This document shows positions 8,961 to 20,800 of a stretch of 64,000 nt of DNA, piece by piece. Source of the stretch: Candidatus Saccharicenans sp. Lineage in GTDB: Bacteria > Acidobacteriota > Aminicenantia > Aminicenantales > Saccharicenantaceae. The translations under genes and the position numbers were made by a program. The stretch covers positions 221,096 to 285,095 of the forward strand of contig JBNARJ010000001.1 of NCBI GenBank assembly GCA_049719515.1, in the 5' to 3' direction. The notes beneath the pieces are model-generated. The model was not told where the DNA came from and made no database searches. It saw only the letters and a list, made by a program, of their open reading frames with translations. Within the stretch, counting starts at the first letter, position 1, and every line of letters begins with the position of its first letter.

Positions 8961-11501
8961 TCAGATGTACTCAAGAGAAAAATCAGCCATCTTATGGAAC
9001 TCAAGATAACGGTAAATCTGGTCAGCATACGGCAAGATTTTTTCTTTCATTACTTCAAAGTACCGGTTTACTTCAGGCAGCTTTCCTTCAACGGCGGCCA
9101 GGGCAGCCAGTTCAGCCGAGCCCAGATAAACTCGAGCATTATCACCCATGCGGTTATCAAAATTCCTGGTGGAGGTGGAAATAACCGTAGCGCCCGGCCG
9201 CACCCGAGCCTGGTTACCCATGCAGAGCGAACAGCCCGGAATTTCCACTCTGGCTCCCACGCTGGCAAAAGCGGCAAAAAGCCCCTCTTTCATCAGCTGA
9301 GCGTGTTCCATCTTGGTCGGCGGGGTGAGCCAGATGCGGGTCTCAGGATAAGGGGCTTTTTCAAATATTTTCGCCGCGGCTCGAAAATGGCCGATGTTGG
9401 TCATGCAGGAGCCGATGAACACTTCGTCAATTTTGTCGCCGGTCACCTCTGACAGAGGTTTAACATCATCGGGGTCGTTGGGACAGGCCAGCAGCGGCTC
9501 GCTTATGTCCGCCAGGTCAATTTCCAGCACGGCCGCATATTCGGCATTCGGGTCTCTTTTCAGAAGAACCGGGTTCTTGATCCATTCTTCACAGGCTTTG
9601 ACCCTTTTCTCCAGCGTGCGGGCATCCTGATAACCTTCTTCTATCATTTTCTTCATCAAGGCTATGTTACTTTTCAGGTACTCCACCACAGTTTCTTCCC
9701 TGAGGGAAATAACGCTGGCTGCGGCTGACCTTTCGGCCGAGGCGTCGGTCAATTCATACGCCTGTTCTACGGTCAGGTTTTCCAGCCCTTCAATTTCCAG
9801 GATGCGGCCGTTGAAAATGTTCTTCTTGCCTTTTTTGGCCACCGTCAGAAGGCCTTTCTTGATGGCAAAATACGGTATGGCGTTTACCACGTCACGCAGG
9901 GTTATCCCTGGCCTGAGTTCTCCGGAAAACCTGACCAGTACCGATTCGGGCATATCCAGCGGCATAAAGCCAAGGGCACCGGCAAAGGCCACCAGACCGG
10001 AGCCGGCCGGAAAACTTATACCTATAGGAAAACGGGTGTGGGAATCGCCACCGGTGCCGACCGTATCGGGCAGAATCAGACGGTTAAGCCAGGAATGAAT
10101 GACTCCGTCGCCGGGCTTGAGGGCCACTCCTTTTCTTTCAATCACAAAAGAGGCCAGGCTGCGGTGCATCTTGACATCTGTCGGCTTGGGATAGGCAGCC
10201 GTATGGCAGAAGGACTGCATGAACAAATCGGTCTGAAACTCCAAACAGGCTAATTCTTTTAGCTCGTCAGCCGTCATCGGTCCAGTGGTATCCTGGGAGC
10301 CAACCGTCGTCATCTTGGGTTCACAGCTGGTTCCAGGAAGCACCCCCGGCAGCCCGCAGGCCTTCCCCACTATTTTCTGTGCCAGGGTATAACCCTGCCC
10401 CGGCCTGGGAACCGGGTTTTCAACCCGGGCAAAAAAGTCCGCCTCCGGCCAGCCCAGCTCTTTCCTGGCTTTGGCCGTCAACTGGCGGCCGATGATTAAA
10501 TTCAGACGGCCACCGGCCCGGAACTCATCCTTTATGGTTACAGGCTTCCATTCAAACTTAGCCAGAAGCCGGCCATTCTGGTCTTTTATGGTGGCCTGTT
10601 CGGTATCGATGATGATAACATCTCCGGTTTTAAGCTGGCTGACCTCAGCCTGAATTGGCAGACCACCTGAATCTTCTGTCGTGTTGAAAAATATCGGAGC
10701 AATCAGTCCACCGATTACCACCCCGCCTCTTCTCTTGTTAGGCACGTACGGTATATCCTCACCGATGTGCCACATCAGCGAATTGCAGGCTGATTTTCTG
10801 GACGAACCGGTGCCGACCACATCTCCCACGAAGGCTACTTTGTACCCTTCCTCTCTGAATTTTCTTATGATGTCAATCCCGCCCGGGAACCTGGTTTCAC
10901 CCATTGACAGCGCGTGTAAAGGTATGTCAGGCCGGCTCCAAGCATACTTGGCCGGTGAAAAATCGTCCGTGTTGATTTCGCCGTCCACCTTGAAGACTTT
11001 AAGCACTATTTCTTTTGGCAGTTCCGGCCTTGAAAGAAACCACTCACCCCTGGCCCAGGATTCCAGCACGGCCCGGGCCTGGGCGTTATGCCTGGCCAGG
11101 CTGACGACTTTATCATACGCTCCGTAAACCAGTATGATTTTTTTAAGCGCCTCGGCTGCCTGTTCGGCCAGCACCGGATGTTCCAGCAATCCCACCAGCG
11201 GCTCGACGTTATATCCGCCAATCATCGTGCCCAGCAGGAAAACCGCTCTTTCCGGTGAAATAACTGGAGATTTTTTACGCCCATAGGCTATATCGGCCAG
11301 CCAGGCCGCTTTCACCCTGGCTGCCGGGTCGACACCCGGGGAAACTCTCTGCTCGAGCAAATAAACCAGCTCTTCTTCTTTCCCGGCCGGTGGATTTTCC
11401 AGCAGCTGACAGAGTTCGGCTGTCTCTTCTGGCGTAAGTGGCAGCGGCGGAATCCCCAGTTTTTTTCTTTCTTCGGCTTTCTGGTAATAAACCTCCAGCA
11501 T
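8961..11501 (-). CDS. acnB: Aconitate hydratase B / 2-methylisocitrate dehydratase
   Basis: Aligns with E. coli AcnB along its whole length from memory: [22 protein letters not shown] vs MLEEYRKHVAERAAEGIAPKPL; DIPLHAL; [13 protein letters not shown]; [10 protein letters not shown]; [11 protein letters not shown]; [17 protein letters not shown]; [12 protein letters not shown]; STSTRNF. AAGGAGAGG RBS. Confidence 0.92.
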   Translation of the reverse strand: MLEVYYQKAEERKKLGIPPLPLTPEETAELCQLLENPPAGKEEELVYLLEQRVSPGVDPAARVKAAWLADIAYGRKKSPVISPERAVFLLGTMIGGYNVEPLVGLLEHPVLAEQAAEALKKIILVYGAYDKVVSLARHNAQARAVLESWARGEWFLSRPELPKEIVLKVFKVDGEINTDDFSPAKYAWSRPDIPLHALSMGETRFPGGIDIIRKFREEGYKVAFVGDVVGTGSSRKSACNSLMWHIGEDIPYVPNKRRGGVVIGGLIAPIFFNTTEDSGGLPIQAEVSQLKTGDVIIIDTEQATIKDQNGRLLAKFEWKPVTIKDEFRAGGRLNLIIGRQLTAKARKELGWPEADFFARVENPVPRPGQGYTLAQKIVGKACGLPGVLPGTSCEPKMTTVGSQDTTGPMTADELKELACLEFQTDLFMQSFCHTAAYPKPTDVKMHRSLASFVIERKGVALKPGDGVIHSWLNRLILPDTVGTGGDSHTRFPIGISFPAGSGLVAFAGALGFMPLDMPESVLVRFSGELRPGITLRDVVNAIPYFAIKKGLLTVAKKGKKNIFNGRILEIEGLENLTVEQAYELTDASAERSAAASVISLREETVVEYLKSNIALMKKMIEEGYQDARTLEKRVKACEEWIKNPVLLKRDPNAEYAAVLEIDLADISEPLLACPNDPDDVKPLSEVTGDKIDEVFIGSCMTNIGHFRAAAKIFEKAPYPETRIWLTPPTKMEHAQLMKEGLFAAFASVGARVEIPGCSLCMGNQARVRPGATVISTSTRNFDNRMGDNARVYLGSAELAALAAVEGKLPEVNRYFEVMKEKILPYADQIYRYLEFHKMADFSLEYI

Positions 11502-11690
11502 TTTTCCTCTCCTTAAAATCGATTAGCGTTAAGCTTTATGCTTTATGTTTGAAATCAGATTTTTATCTTATTTATTTTGATTTACCTTGTCAAAACAGAT
11601 TTTTATTCCATATTTTTTTTGTTGAATTAAATTTTAAAAAAAAATAAAATTTAACCTTAACATATCAAAATCAAATTAAAAGGAGGTTCA

Positions 11691-12890
11691 ATGATTGACC
11701 GGGTAGCTATCGAAAAAGCCAAGGAGCATTTTGGCCGTCTTCTGGAAGCCCAGGCACAAAGAGTAGAAAGGCTGAAAGCCGCACCCGACTGGATTGATTA
11801 CACCAAACTCTCACCCATCAAGATTGGCATTCTGCCGGGTGACGGCATCGGCCCCTTTATCGCCGCCGAGGCGGAAAGAGTCTTGCGTCACATGCTGGAT
11901 GAAGAAATCAAGAAGGGCAAAGTTTACATCAACACCATTGAAGGGCTGACCATCGAAAACCGCGCCGCTCACAACAAAGCCATCCCGGATGACGTGCTGG
12001 AAGAAATCAAGAAATACCATGTAACGCTGAAGGGACCCACCACTACCCCGAGAAAAGGCGACCCCTGGCCGAACATCGAAAGCTGCAATGTGGCCATGAG
12101 AAAGGAACTCGACCTGTTTGCCAACGTCCGGCCGGTCCGCGTGCCAAAACAGGGAATAGACTGGATATTTTTCAGGGAGAATACGGAAGACCTTTATGCC
12201 CTCGGCCCCTACGGTCTGCAAATAGAAGACATAGCCATTGACTTTAAATTAATTACTGCTCCGGGGTCAGACCGCATTTGCCGTATGGCCTTTGATTATG
12301 CCAGGAAAAACGGTAAAACCAAGGTCACCTGCGTGACCAAGGCCAACGTGGTCAAAACCACCGACGGGCTGTTCCTGGAAACATTCTACAAAATTGCCAA
12401 GGAATATCCGGAAATCCAGGCTGATGACTGGTACATTGACATCATGACGGCCAAACTGGTTGACGAAAAAAGACGGCGCGAATTCCAGGTGCTGGTGCTG
12501 CCCAACCTGTATGGCGACATCCTGACCGACGAAGCGGCCGAATTCCAGGGTGGCGTGGGCACCGCCGGCGCTGCTAACATCGGCAAACAGTACGCCATGT
12601 TCGAAGCCATTCACGGCTCCGCCCCCAGGATGGTTCAGGAAGGCCGTGCCCAGTATGCCGACCCCTCCAGCATGATCCGGGCGGCAGCCATGCTCATCAA
12701 CCACATCGGATACCCGGAAAGAGCTAAGAAATTAGAGATGGCCCTCGACATCTGCGGTCAGTACGAGAAGAAACTGGTTATTACCGGACGGCCAACCGGC
12801 GCGACCGGCAAAGAATTCACCGATTATCTGATTGACTGGCTGAACAACCCGAAGCTGGAAGAGACCTGGAACAATTACGTAAAAGGCTGA
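11691..12890 (+). CDS. icd: Isocitrate dehydrogenase (prokaryotic NADP-ICDH-like, isocitrate/isopropylmalate dehydrogenase superfamily)
   Basis: GILPGDGIGP appears after a ~40-aa N-terminal extension typical of ICDH. LKGPTTTP..NVAMRKELDLFANVRPV matches the ICDH phospho-serine loop region, and NLYGDILTD is the beta-decarboxylating dehydrogenase motif. The TCA-gene neighbourhood agrees. Confidence 0.75.
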   Translation: MIDRVAIEKAKEHFGRLLEAQAQRVERLKAAPDWIDYTKLSPIKIGILPGDGIGPFIAAEAERVLRHMLDEEIKKGKVYINTIEGLTIENRAAHNKAIPDDVLEEIKKYHVTLKGPTTTPRKGDPWPNIESCNVAMRKELDLFANVRPVRVPKQGIDWIFFRENTEDLYALGPYGLQIEDIAIDFKLITAPGSDRICRMAFDYARKNGKTKVTCVTKANVVKTTDGLFLETFYKIAKEYPEIQADDWYIDIMTAKLVDEKRRREFQVLVLPNLYGDILTDEAAEFQGGVGTAGAANIGKQYAMFEAIHGSAPRMVQEGRAQYADPSSMIRAAAMLINHIGYPERAKKLEMALDICGQYEKKLVITGRPTGATGKEFTDYLIDWLNNPKLEETWNNYVKG

Positions 12891-12932
12891 AAATATTTCA
12901 GGTTTAAAAATTAATTGTAAGGAGTCTTTCAC

Positions 12933-13865
12933 ATGCGTAAGAAGATTGCTTTAATCGGCGGCGGTCAGATTGGCCAGATCCTGGCCATGCTGGCTGCCCA
13001 GAAAGAGCTTGGTGACATAGTTATCCTTGATGTCCCTGAGTATGTCAATGTCTGCAAGGGTAAAGCCCTCGACCTGATGGAAATGGCTCCCCACGGCAAC
13101 TATGATGCCAACATCACGGCCACTTCCGATTACAAGGACATTGAAGGGGCTGATGTGGTCATCGTCACGGCGGGTAAGCCGCGCGAAGCCGGCATGACCA
13201 GAGAAGACCTGCTGAACGTAAACATCAAAATCATTACCGAAGTGGCTAACGGTGTAAAGCAGTATGCCCCCAAAGCGTTCTGCATCATCGTCACCAACCC
13301 GCTCGACGCGATGGTTTACGTTTTCCACAAAGTAACCGGCTTCCCCAAGAACCAGGTCATCGGTATGGCCGGCACGTTGGATACGGCCCGCTGGAGAGCT
13401 TTCATCGCGATGGAGCTTGGCGTCTCCGTGGCTGACGTGGCCGGAACGGTTCTCGGCGGTCACGGACCGGACATGGTTCCCCTGCCGCGTCTGACGACGG
13501 TCGGTGGAGTCCCGCTGACGGAAATTGCCACACCTGAACAGATTGAACGGCTGGTTACCAGGACGCGTGAAGCCGGGACAGAAATCGTCAAGCTTTTTGG
13601 CAAAGGTTCGGCTTTCTTCAGCCCGGCCTGGAGCGCCATCGTCATCGCCGAATCCTATCTCAAGGACAAGAGGCGTGTGCTTCCCTGCGCTGCTCTATGC
13701 GAAGGCGAATATGGAGTGAATGGCCTGTTCATCGGCGTCCCCTGCCTCATCAGCGGCAAAGGCATGGAAAAGATTTTTGAAATCAAGCTGACAGAAGAAG
13801 AAAAAGCCCAGTTTGCCAAGACGGTAGCTTCCGTGACCAAGACAGTCTCGGAATGTAAAATCTGA
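12933..13865 (+). CDS. mdh: Malate dehydrogenase (LDH-like MDH family)
   Basis: KIALIGGGQIGQ NAD-binding motif. VVIVTAGKPREAGMTREDLL carries the Arg typical of MDH substrate specificity, and IVTNPLD is present. 310 aa. Confidence 0.9.
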   Translation: MRKKIALIGGGQIGQILAMLAAQKELGDIVILDVPEYVNVCKGKALDLMEMAPHGNYDANITATSDYKDIEGADVVIVTAGKPREAGMTREDLLNVNIKIITEVANGVKQYAPKAFCIIVTNPLDAMVYVFHKVTGFPKNQVIGMAGTLDTARWRAFIAMELGVSVADVAGTVLGGHGPDMVPLPRLTTVGGVPLTEIATPEQIERLVTRTREAGTEIVKLFGKGSAFFSPAWSAIVIAESYLKDKRRVLPCAALCEGEYGVNGLFIGVPCLISGKGMEKIFEIKLTEEEKAQFAKTVASVTKTVSECKI

Positions 13866-13894
13866 ACGGGACAGGCTGAAAGCCAAGAAATTCA

Positions 13895-13931
13895 AAGAGC
13901 AGGGCGCCAAAGCGCCCTGCTCTTTTTTTCC
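13895..13931 (+). terminator. Rho-independent terminator after mdh
   Basis: Perfect GC-rich hairpin AAAGAGCAGGGCGC-caaa-GCGCCCTGCTCTTT, followed by a TTTTTTT run. Confidence 0.6.
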
Positions 13932-14361
13932 TGCCTGAAAATTATTTGTCTGAATGCCCCTTCTCTCCAATTTCCCAATTCAAAGATTTTTAAAATGCCC
14001 ACTCCAGAAAACAAAACCTTGCCGGTTCATTTTATACCCGCTCTTTATCCCTCTGGCAGAGTGATAAGAAACCGAAAGCAAAAACGAAGGCACAAGGTCG
14101 AAACACTGCCGGGTTTATTGATTTAAACAGCGGGTTTCAATTTTGATAATTATACTTTTCGGGTCGAAAAATCATATAAAAAATAGAGCCTGCCTCAAAT
14201 AAAGATCAGAGTCTGATGCTGGGCACCCCTGAAAATAATAATGCTGGAATGACAGAACCAATTTAAATAAAATATAGTAACTGTAAAATAAATTTGGACG
14301 GCCAGCGTAATTTAAAAAATCCTTAAGCGCAAAATTATTAACCTGGCTGTAAAAAAAAGAA

Positions 14362-15531
14362 ATGCTTATTCATGAATTTCAGGCCAAAAAAATCTTAAAA
14401 GAACTGGGGGTTAGAGTGCCCGAAGGGCAGGTGGCCGAAACTCCAGAGGAAGCCAAACAAATTGCTTCCTCGCTCGGTCTTCCGGTGGTGTTAAAAGCCC
14501 AAATCTTGGCCGGCGGGCGGGGTAAGGCGGGCGGTATAAAAATAGCTAAAAACGCTGATGAAGTTTGCACCGGGACTGAACAGCTTCTCCGGCGACGCCT
14601 CATCACTTCTCAGACCGGACCGGCCGGCAGGCTGGTAAGAAAAATCCTGGTAGAAAGAGCGCAGGAAGTAAAGCGAGAAATTTATTTTGGGCTGAGCCTG
14701 GACCGACGCCAGGAAACACTGGTAGCCATGGTCAGCAGTCAGGGCGGTGTGGAAATCGAAGAGCTGGCCATCAACCACCCGGAAGCAATAAAAAAAGAAA
14801 TTTTCTCTCCAGAAAGTGGTCTACAGGCTTTTCAGAGAAGAAACCTGGGTTACTTTCTGGAACTTCCCCCTGAACCTCTGAAGTCTTTCCTTGATTACTC
14901 TGAAAAGCTGGTACGTTTTTTTCTTGACCATGACCTGAAACTTCTGGAAATAAACCCGCTTTTTTTAACGGTCGAAAACCAGCTGGTGGTGGGCGACATA
15001 AAGATGGATTTTGATGAATCCGCCGGGCCGCGGCAGCCCAAAATTTTCCAGCTGGAAGATTTATCTGATTTGAGTCCGGAAGAGGTCAGAGCCCGTCAAT
15101 ACCGGCTGAATTATCTGAAGCTTGCCGGAAACATTGGCTGTCTGGTCAACGGGGCCGGCCTGGCCATGGCCACCATGGACATCATCAAATATTTTGGCGG
15201 ACAGCCGGCCAATTTCCTGGACATCGGTGGCGGAGTAACTGAAGAAGCGGTGGCCCAGGCTTTTGAAATTTTGCTGACCGACCCGGAGGTAACTTCGGCT
15301 CTGGTAAACATCTTTGGCGGCATCGTACGCTGCGATCTGGTGGCCAGCGGAATGGTCGTGGCCGCCCAGAAAATTTCCATGACGAAGCCAGTGGTGGTCA
15401 GGTTAGAAGGAACGAATGTGGAGCAGGGGAAAAAGATTCTGGCTGAATCGGGTCTGCCCTTTTACTTCGTGCCAGATTTTGAAGAAGCCGCCAGAAAAGC
15501 GGTAGAGCTGAGCTCGATAAAAACACGGTGA
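14362..15531 (+). CDS. sucC: Succinate--CoA ligase (ADP-forming) beta subunit
   Basis: MLIHEFQAKKILKELGV N-terminus and an ATP-grasp domain. Stop overlaps the region immediately before sucD. Confidence 0.9.
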   Translation: MLIHEFQAKKILKELGVRVPEGQVAETPEEAKQIASSLGLPVVLKAQILAGGRGKAGGIKIAKNADEVCTGTEQLLRRRLITSQTGPAGRLVRKILVERAQEVKREIYFGLSLDRRQETLVAMVSSQGGVEIEELAINHPEAIKKEIFSPESGLQAFQRRNLGYFLELPPEPLKSFLDYSEKLVRFFLDHDLKLLEINPLFLTVENQLVVGDIKMDFDESAGPRQPKIFQLEDLSDLSPEEVRARQYRLNYLKLAGNIGCLVNGAGLAMATMDIIKYFGGQPANFLDIGGGVTEEAVAQAFEILLTDPEVTSALVNIFGGIVRCDLVASGMVVAAQKISMTKPVVVRLEGTNVEQGKKILAESGLPFYFVPDFEEAARKAVELSSIKTR

Positions 15532-15537
15532 TAAAAA

Positions 15538-16413
15538 ATGAGCATCTTACTTGATGAACAGTCGAGAGTTCTGGTGCAGGGAATAACCGGACAGCAGGCT
15601 TCTTTTCATGCCGAGAGAATGCTGGCCTACGGGACGAAAATTGTGGCCGGCGTGACCCCCGGGAAAGGTGGTCAAAAACATTTGGGCCTGCCCGTCTTCA
15701 ACACCGTGGAACAGGCCGTTAGAGCGGAGCAGCCAGATGTCTCGGTTATTTTTGTGCCTCCTCTGGCGGCGGCCGATGCTCTCATGGAAGCGGCCCAGGC
15801 CGGTATAAAACTGATAGTCTGCATCACCGAGGGAATCCCGGTTCACGATATACTGAAAGCCAAAAAGTTTCTGAAAGATAAGGGCGCCAGGCTGCTCGGT
15901 CCAAACACACCGGGTATAATCTCACCCGGAAAAAGCAAGGTGGGAATCATGCCGGCTCACATACACCGGCCCGGTCAGGTAGGCATCATCTCCCGTTCCG
16001 GCACTCTCACCTATGAAGCCGTCTACCAGTTGACCAACCTCGGGCTCGGCCAGTCAACCGCCATCGGTATCGGTGGAGACCCGATCATCGGGCTGAAATT
16101 TGTCGACCTGCTTAAAATGTTCAAAGATGACCCGCAGACCGAAGCGGTGCTGCTCATAGGCGAGATTGGCGGAACGGCCGAGGAAGAGGCGGCCGAATAC
16201 CTAAAAACTTCCGGCTACCCTAAACCGGTGGCGGCTTACGTAGCCGGGCTGACCGCACCACCGGGGAAAAGGCTGGGACATGCCGGGGCAATCATCGAGG
16301 GCCGTCAGGGAACCGCGGCCGAAAAGCTCAGGCTGCTGAAAGAAGCTGGAGTGGAAACAATCGACAATCCCGCCCGGCTGGGCCAGACGGTCAAACAACT
16401 CATACGAGCTTAA
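15538..16413 (+). CDS. sucD: Succinate--CoA ligase alpha subunit
   Basis: CoA-binding N-domain ([14 protein letters not shown]) and the SRSGTLTYE catalytic-His region. 291 aa. Confidence 0.9.
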   Translation: MSILLDEQSRVLVQGITGQQASFHAERMLAYGTKIVAGVTPGKGGQKHLGLPVFNTVEQAVRAEQPDVSVIFVPPLAAADALMEAAQAGIKLIVCITEGIPVHDILKAKKFLKDKGARLLGPNTPGIISPGKSKVGIMPAHIHRPGQVGIISRSGTLTYEAVYQLTNLGLGQSTAIGIGGDPIIGLKFVDLLKMFKDDPQTEAVLLIGEIGGTAEEEAAEYLKTSGYPKPVAAYVAGLTAPPGKRLGHAGAIIEGRQGTAAEKLRLLKEAGVETIDNPARLGQTVKQLIRA

Positions 16414-16502
16414 TTTTAACCATGGCTAAAAAAACTTGATATCAACAAGCTTGGATGTTAATTGAATCTTTACTAAACAAAAAAGTTTATTAGGGGGTAA
16501 AT

Positions 16503-17420
16503 ATGCTAAAGCTTAAAACCTTGATGTTTGAAACGTCATTTATGGCCATGGTGATTATCTTCAGCCTTACGGCCTTAACCCTGTTCGGACTGGCCATTTC
16601 CCTGCTGGCGCAGCCGGCTTCTCCGCCGCCCGTTTCCTTAGAAAAAATTAAAGATAACGTTTACCTCATCAAGGGTGGCTCGGGAGCCAATTGTTATTTG
16701 ATTGTCGGGAAAAAGAGTAACCTCCTGGTTGATGCCAAGATGACCGAAAGTTCTTTCATCAAGATGCTGTCTGAAATCCACAAAATTTCTGACAGGCCTT
16801 TATCCTTAATAATTCTCACGCACAGCGACGGCGACCACGTAAACGGATTGGCCGGCCTGTCGGAAGAGGTCAAAATACTGGCTCATCAGAACACCTACCA
16901 GGAGATGCTGCCAGCCGTGGAAAGGTCACCCGAGTTAAAAAAGACTTTACCGACGGAAACTTATGAAGGGTCAAAATCGGTAGATTTTGAAGGGACTCGG
17001 CTTGAGCTGAAAAATTTTGGCCCGGCTCACACCGGCGGAGATACGGTCATCTTCATCCCGGCCAGCCGGCTGGCCATCGTTGGAGACCTGATGTTTTTTG
17101 GCCGGGACCCGCTCATCCACCGGCACAAAAACGGCTCTTTTTATGGCTACCTTAAGACTCTGCAGAACCTGCTCGAGTACAAACCGGCGGTAGAAATATT
17201 TCTGTCAGGGCACGCCGAGCCGGCTAACCGCCAGCAGGTAGCAAACCTGATAGACGAATTGAAGCAAAAAGAGATGAAGGTCAGAGAACTGATAAAGCAG
17301 GGAAAATCCTTAGAAGAAATTAAAGCTGCCTTCGGCCTGCAACCGTCATCATCCGGGATGACCGGACGCTGGCCATCCCTGGTGGAGGTCATTTACCAGG
17401 AAATAAAGGAAAAAGGATAA
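16503..17420 (+). CDS. Secreted metallo-beta-lactamase-fold hydrolase
   Basis: Signal peptide, then the MBL metal-binding motif ILTHSDGDHVNGL and HTGGDTVIF. Confidence 0.7.
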   Translation: MLKLKTLMFETSFMAMVIIFSLTALTLFGLAISLLAQPASPPPVSLEKIKDNVYLIKGGSGANCYLIVGKKSNLLVDAKMTESSFIKMLSEIHKISDRPLSLIILTHSDGDHVNGLAGLSEEVKILAHQNTYQEMLPAVERSPELKKTLPTETYEGSKSVDFEGTRLELKNFGPAHTGGDTVIFIPASRLAIVGDLMFFGRDPLIHRHKNGSFYGYLKTLQNLLEYKPAVEIFLSGHAEPANRQQVANLIDELKQKEMKVRELIKQGKSLEEIKAAFGLQPSSSGMTGRWPSLVEVIYQEIKEKG

Positions 17421-17886
17421 CTTCAATTAATCGATATTATTTTGCCTGGCTTAAAATATTAACTTTTAAGATATTTTATTAAGCAAAGAAAAATAGCATT
17501 TTCCTGAGTCAGAATACGTGAGGTGGTTATTTCCGCTATTTTTTGACACGACCCGAATTTAGGCAGGTTAATTCTGAAAGTGACAATCAACCAGCGGAGA
17601 AATCTTGAGCCGAATAAATAACGGCTTAAGTTCTCAACTTCAAAACTTTAAATGAGGTCCACAAAATGCCTTTAAATTTACTCCGGCGAAAATTTAACAG
17701 GCAGCCTCAGAACTTCATCATCTTTTTCACAACACCCCGATTATCCTAATTTTTCTGGTGTAAACTTTTGACTGGCCCGGCCGACACCAAAATACCAGGC
17801 AAAAAGAAGTTGAAAAACTAAAATTCATTGTGAGATTATAAGAAAGAATAATTTAGCCAGGCAATCCTCAAGCAGGAGTCAGACAA

Positions 17887-20800
17887 ATGAACTTCAGGCT
17901 AAAAACTTATTTTTTTATCCGTCATTTCCGCCTGAATGCCAAACGATTCTTTTGGGCCATTTTTATTTTAATGATGACCGGTATTTTTATCTCATGCCAG
18001 GCGGAAAAAGGCACCGAGCTTTCAATAAAAAAGGAAACCATAACCACCTACCCCTATTCTGACCCGGACCCCATTCCGATATTTGCCAGGTCTTCAATGT
18101 GGGGTTCAGGCGCGCGGATTTATCCCTATTTTGTCTTTAACGGGTTTTCTTCCACTTCCAGGCCACAGGACTGGACGGTGGTCAGGCTCAAAAATCGCTA
18201 TCTTGAAGTATCTGTTCTTCCGGAAATCGGGGGGAAAATCTGGGGAGCCCGAGACCTGCTCACCGGCAGAGATTTTCTTTACACCAATCACGTAATTAAG
18301 TTTCGAGAGATAGGCCTGCGCGGACCCTGGACCTCGGGTGGGATTGAGTTCAATTTCGGGGTGATCGGCCATTCACCCGCCACGGCTTCACCTGTTGATT
18401 ATTTGGTCGAGAAGCAACCTGATGGAACGGTCACCTGCACGGTTGGAAATTATGATTGGCCGTCCCGCACGCGCTGGCGGGTGACCATCAAAGTTTATCC
18501 CGATAAAGATTTCTTTGAAACAGAATCTCGCTGGATTAATCCCGGCCCCTATCGACAATCATACTATGCCTGGATGTGTGCTGCCGTGCCGGCAGCCGAC
18601 GATTTAAAATACATTTTTCCGGGCAAATACCAGATTGGACACGATTACAGCCAGCCACTCCTGCCCTGGCCGGTTGACCGGGAAGGACGGGACCTGTCCT
18701 GGTACCGAAACAACGCATTTGGCAGTTCTAAAAGTTATTTTGTCATCGGTTCCTATGATAATTTTTACGGCGGTTACTACCAGAAATCTGATTTCGGCTT
18801 CGGACACTGGGCTCTCTACCCTGACCAGCCGGGCAAGAAAATCTGGATCTGGGACCTCAGTCGGGCCGGGGAAATTTGGGTTGACCTGCTGACTGACGCC
18901 GACGGTCAGTACACCGAACCACAGGCGGGCCGCCTGCTCAACCAATCTGACCACGGCATTTTTTCACCCGGCACGGCCGACCGCTGGTCAGAACTGTGGT
19001 TCCCCTACAGCGGAATTGGCCAGATGTCAGGGGCAACGCCGGAAGTGGTCTTGAGCCTCAACCAGAAAGACCCTCAGAGAATTGAGTTAAACCTTTATGC
19101 CCTGCAAAAAATCAGCGGCCCTCTGACCATCAGCCAGGATGATAAAGAGCTGGTCAGCCTGAAACTTAACCTCCAACCAGGTCAAAGGCAAACCATTTTG
19201 ATAGAAAAAGCCATACCCGGAAAAAATTTAACTGTTCTCCTCGGGAAAAAAATCATTCATCAAACTTCACCCGAAGTCATAGACATAAAGAAGCCCTTTC
19301 GCTTTTACATTCCATCAGCAAACACTCCCGAACAGCTCTTCCTGGCCGGTCAGCTAGCTGAAAACCAGCGAGATTATCAGCAGGCTTTAGAAAAATACCA
19401 GCAGGTTTTAGATAAAGAACCCGACCATTTACTTACCTTATGCCGGATGTCCGAGCTTTACCACCGGCGGGCTGAATATGAAAAAGCCCTTGAATATGCC
19501 CGTAAAGCCGTTGAGCTGTCGATGTACCACCCGGAAGCCAATTATTTTTATGGCCTGGCCGCCCTTAAACTTAACCAGATGACTGAAGCCAAGGAAGCCC
19601 TGGGCTGGGCCGCCCGTTCGCCAGCCTATTCGCTGCCCGCCTATCTCCAGCTGGCAAAAATTTCTTTGCTGGAAAAAGACTACCATCTGGCTCAGATATA
19701 TGCTGAACGAGCGGTCAATTATGACGGACAGAATCCCCTGCCCTATGAGCTTCTGGCCACGATTTACCGAAATCTCGGGGACAGGCAGGCCGCCCGGGAA
19801 AGCTGCTTTAAAGCCTTAAGCCATGACCGGCTGGACCACCTGGCTCTTTTTGAGCTTTATCTGCTGCAACCCTCAGCCGAAAACCGGCAAAGATTTCAAT
19901 CGGCTATCCGCAATGAATTTCCGGAACAGACCTGCCTGGAGCTGGCCCTGCATTACCTGACGATAGGCGAAAAAGACACCGCCCTGAAGCTTTTATCCCT
20001 GGCTCCGGCCGGCGCGGAAATTCTGACCTGGCAGGCCTATCTGTCTCAGTATTACGATTCTAAATTTAGTAATACCAAACTGGAGGAGGCCGCCAGCGCT
20101 TCGCCCTATCTGGTTTTCCCGTTTCGGGAGGAATCCATCCCGGTTTTTGAATGGGCCAGCCAGCGCCGGCCGGACTGCTGGAAATTCCGTTATTACCTGG
20201 GTTTAATTTACTGGCACAAGGGCCGCCTGGCTGAAGCCCGGCGGATGTTCGAAACACTTGACCCGGCCGATTACTATCCGGTTTTTATTGCCAGGGCTTA
20301 TTTAAGATACGATGAAGCTGAAAACGCCCGGGCTGATTTACAACGTGCCGTTAAACTTTCCCCCGAGTCCTGGCGCACCTGGCATCACCTGATAACCTTC
20401 GAACTCAACCACCGGCAAAACCAGCAGGCGCGGCAGCACGGGTTAGAGGCTCTGGAAAAATTTCCTGAAAACATTTTCCTGCAATCAGACCTGGTCAAGG
20501 CTTTCCTGGCCAATGAGGACTTCTCCCGGGCGGCAGAATTACTCGATAAAATGCAGGTCCTGCCCTATGAAGGGGCCAGTGAGGTCCATGAACTTTACGT
20601 GCGGGCTCACCTTCATCTGGCTCTGGAAAAAATGAAAGAAAAAGACTGGGAGCAAGCCCTTTATGAGATAGCCCTGGCCCGCGATTATCCGGAAAGGCTG
20701 GGCACCGGCCGTCCCTTTGCCCCCGACCAGAGGATTCATGATTATCTGGAAGCCCTGTGTTACCAGAAAACCGGCAGGCCGGAGCTGGCCCGTCAGAACC

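Noticed and set aside
8945-9028. 28-codon N-terminal extension of the SDR gene
   Set aside because: The Rossmann motif begins right after the internal ATG at 8944, which has a GAGGT RBS. The extension would overlap the acnB 3' end.
9394-11127. Several 70-150-aa plus-strand ORFs inside acnB. Similar antisense ORFs occur inside fusA-like (25481-26167), ileS (30299-31558), nagB (42892-43584), the 630-aa hypothetical (40171-41166), the transglutaminase gene (50852-52330) and the TonB receptors.
   Set aside because: All are antisense to long ORFs with unambiguous homology. They have Ser/Arg/Pro-rich, low-complexity translations typical of frame artefacts in moderately GC-rich DNA.
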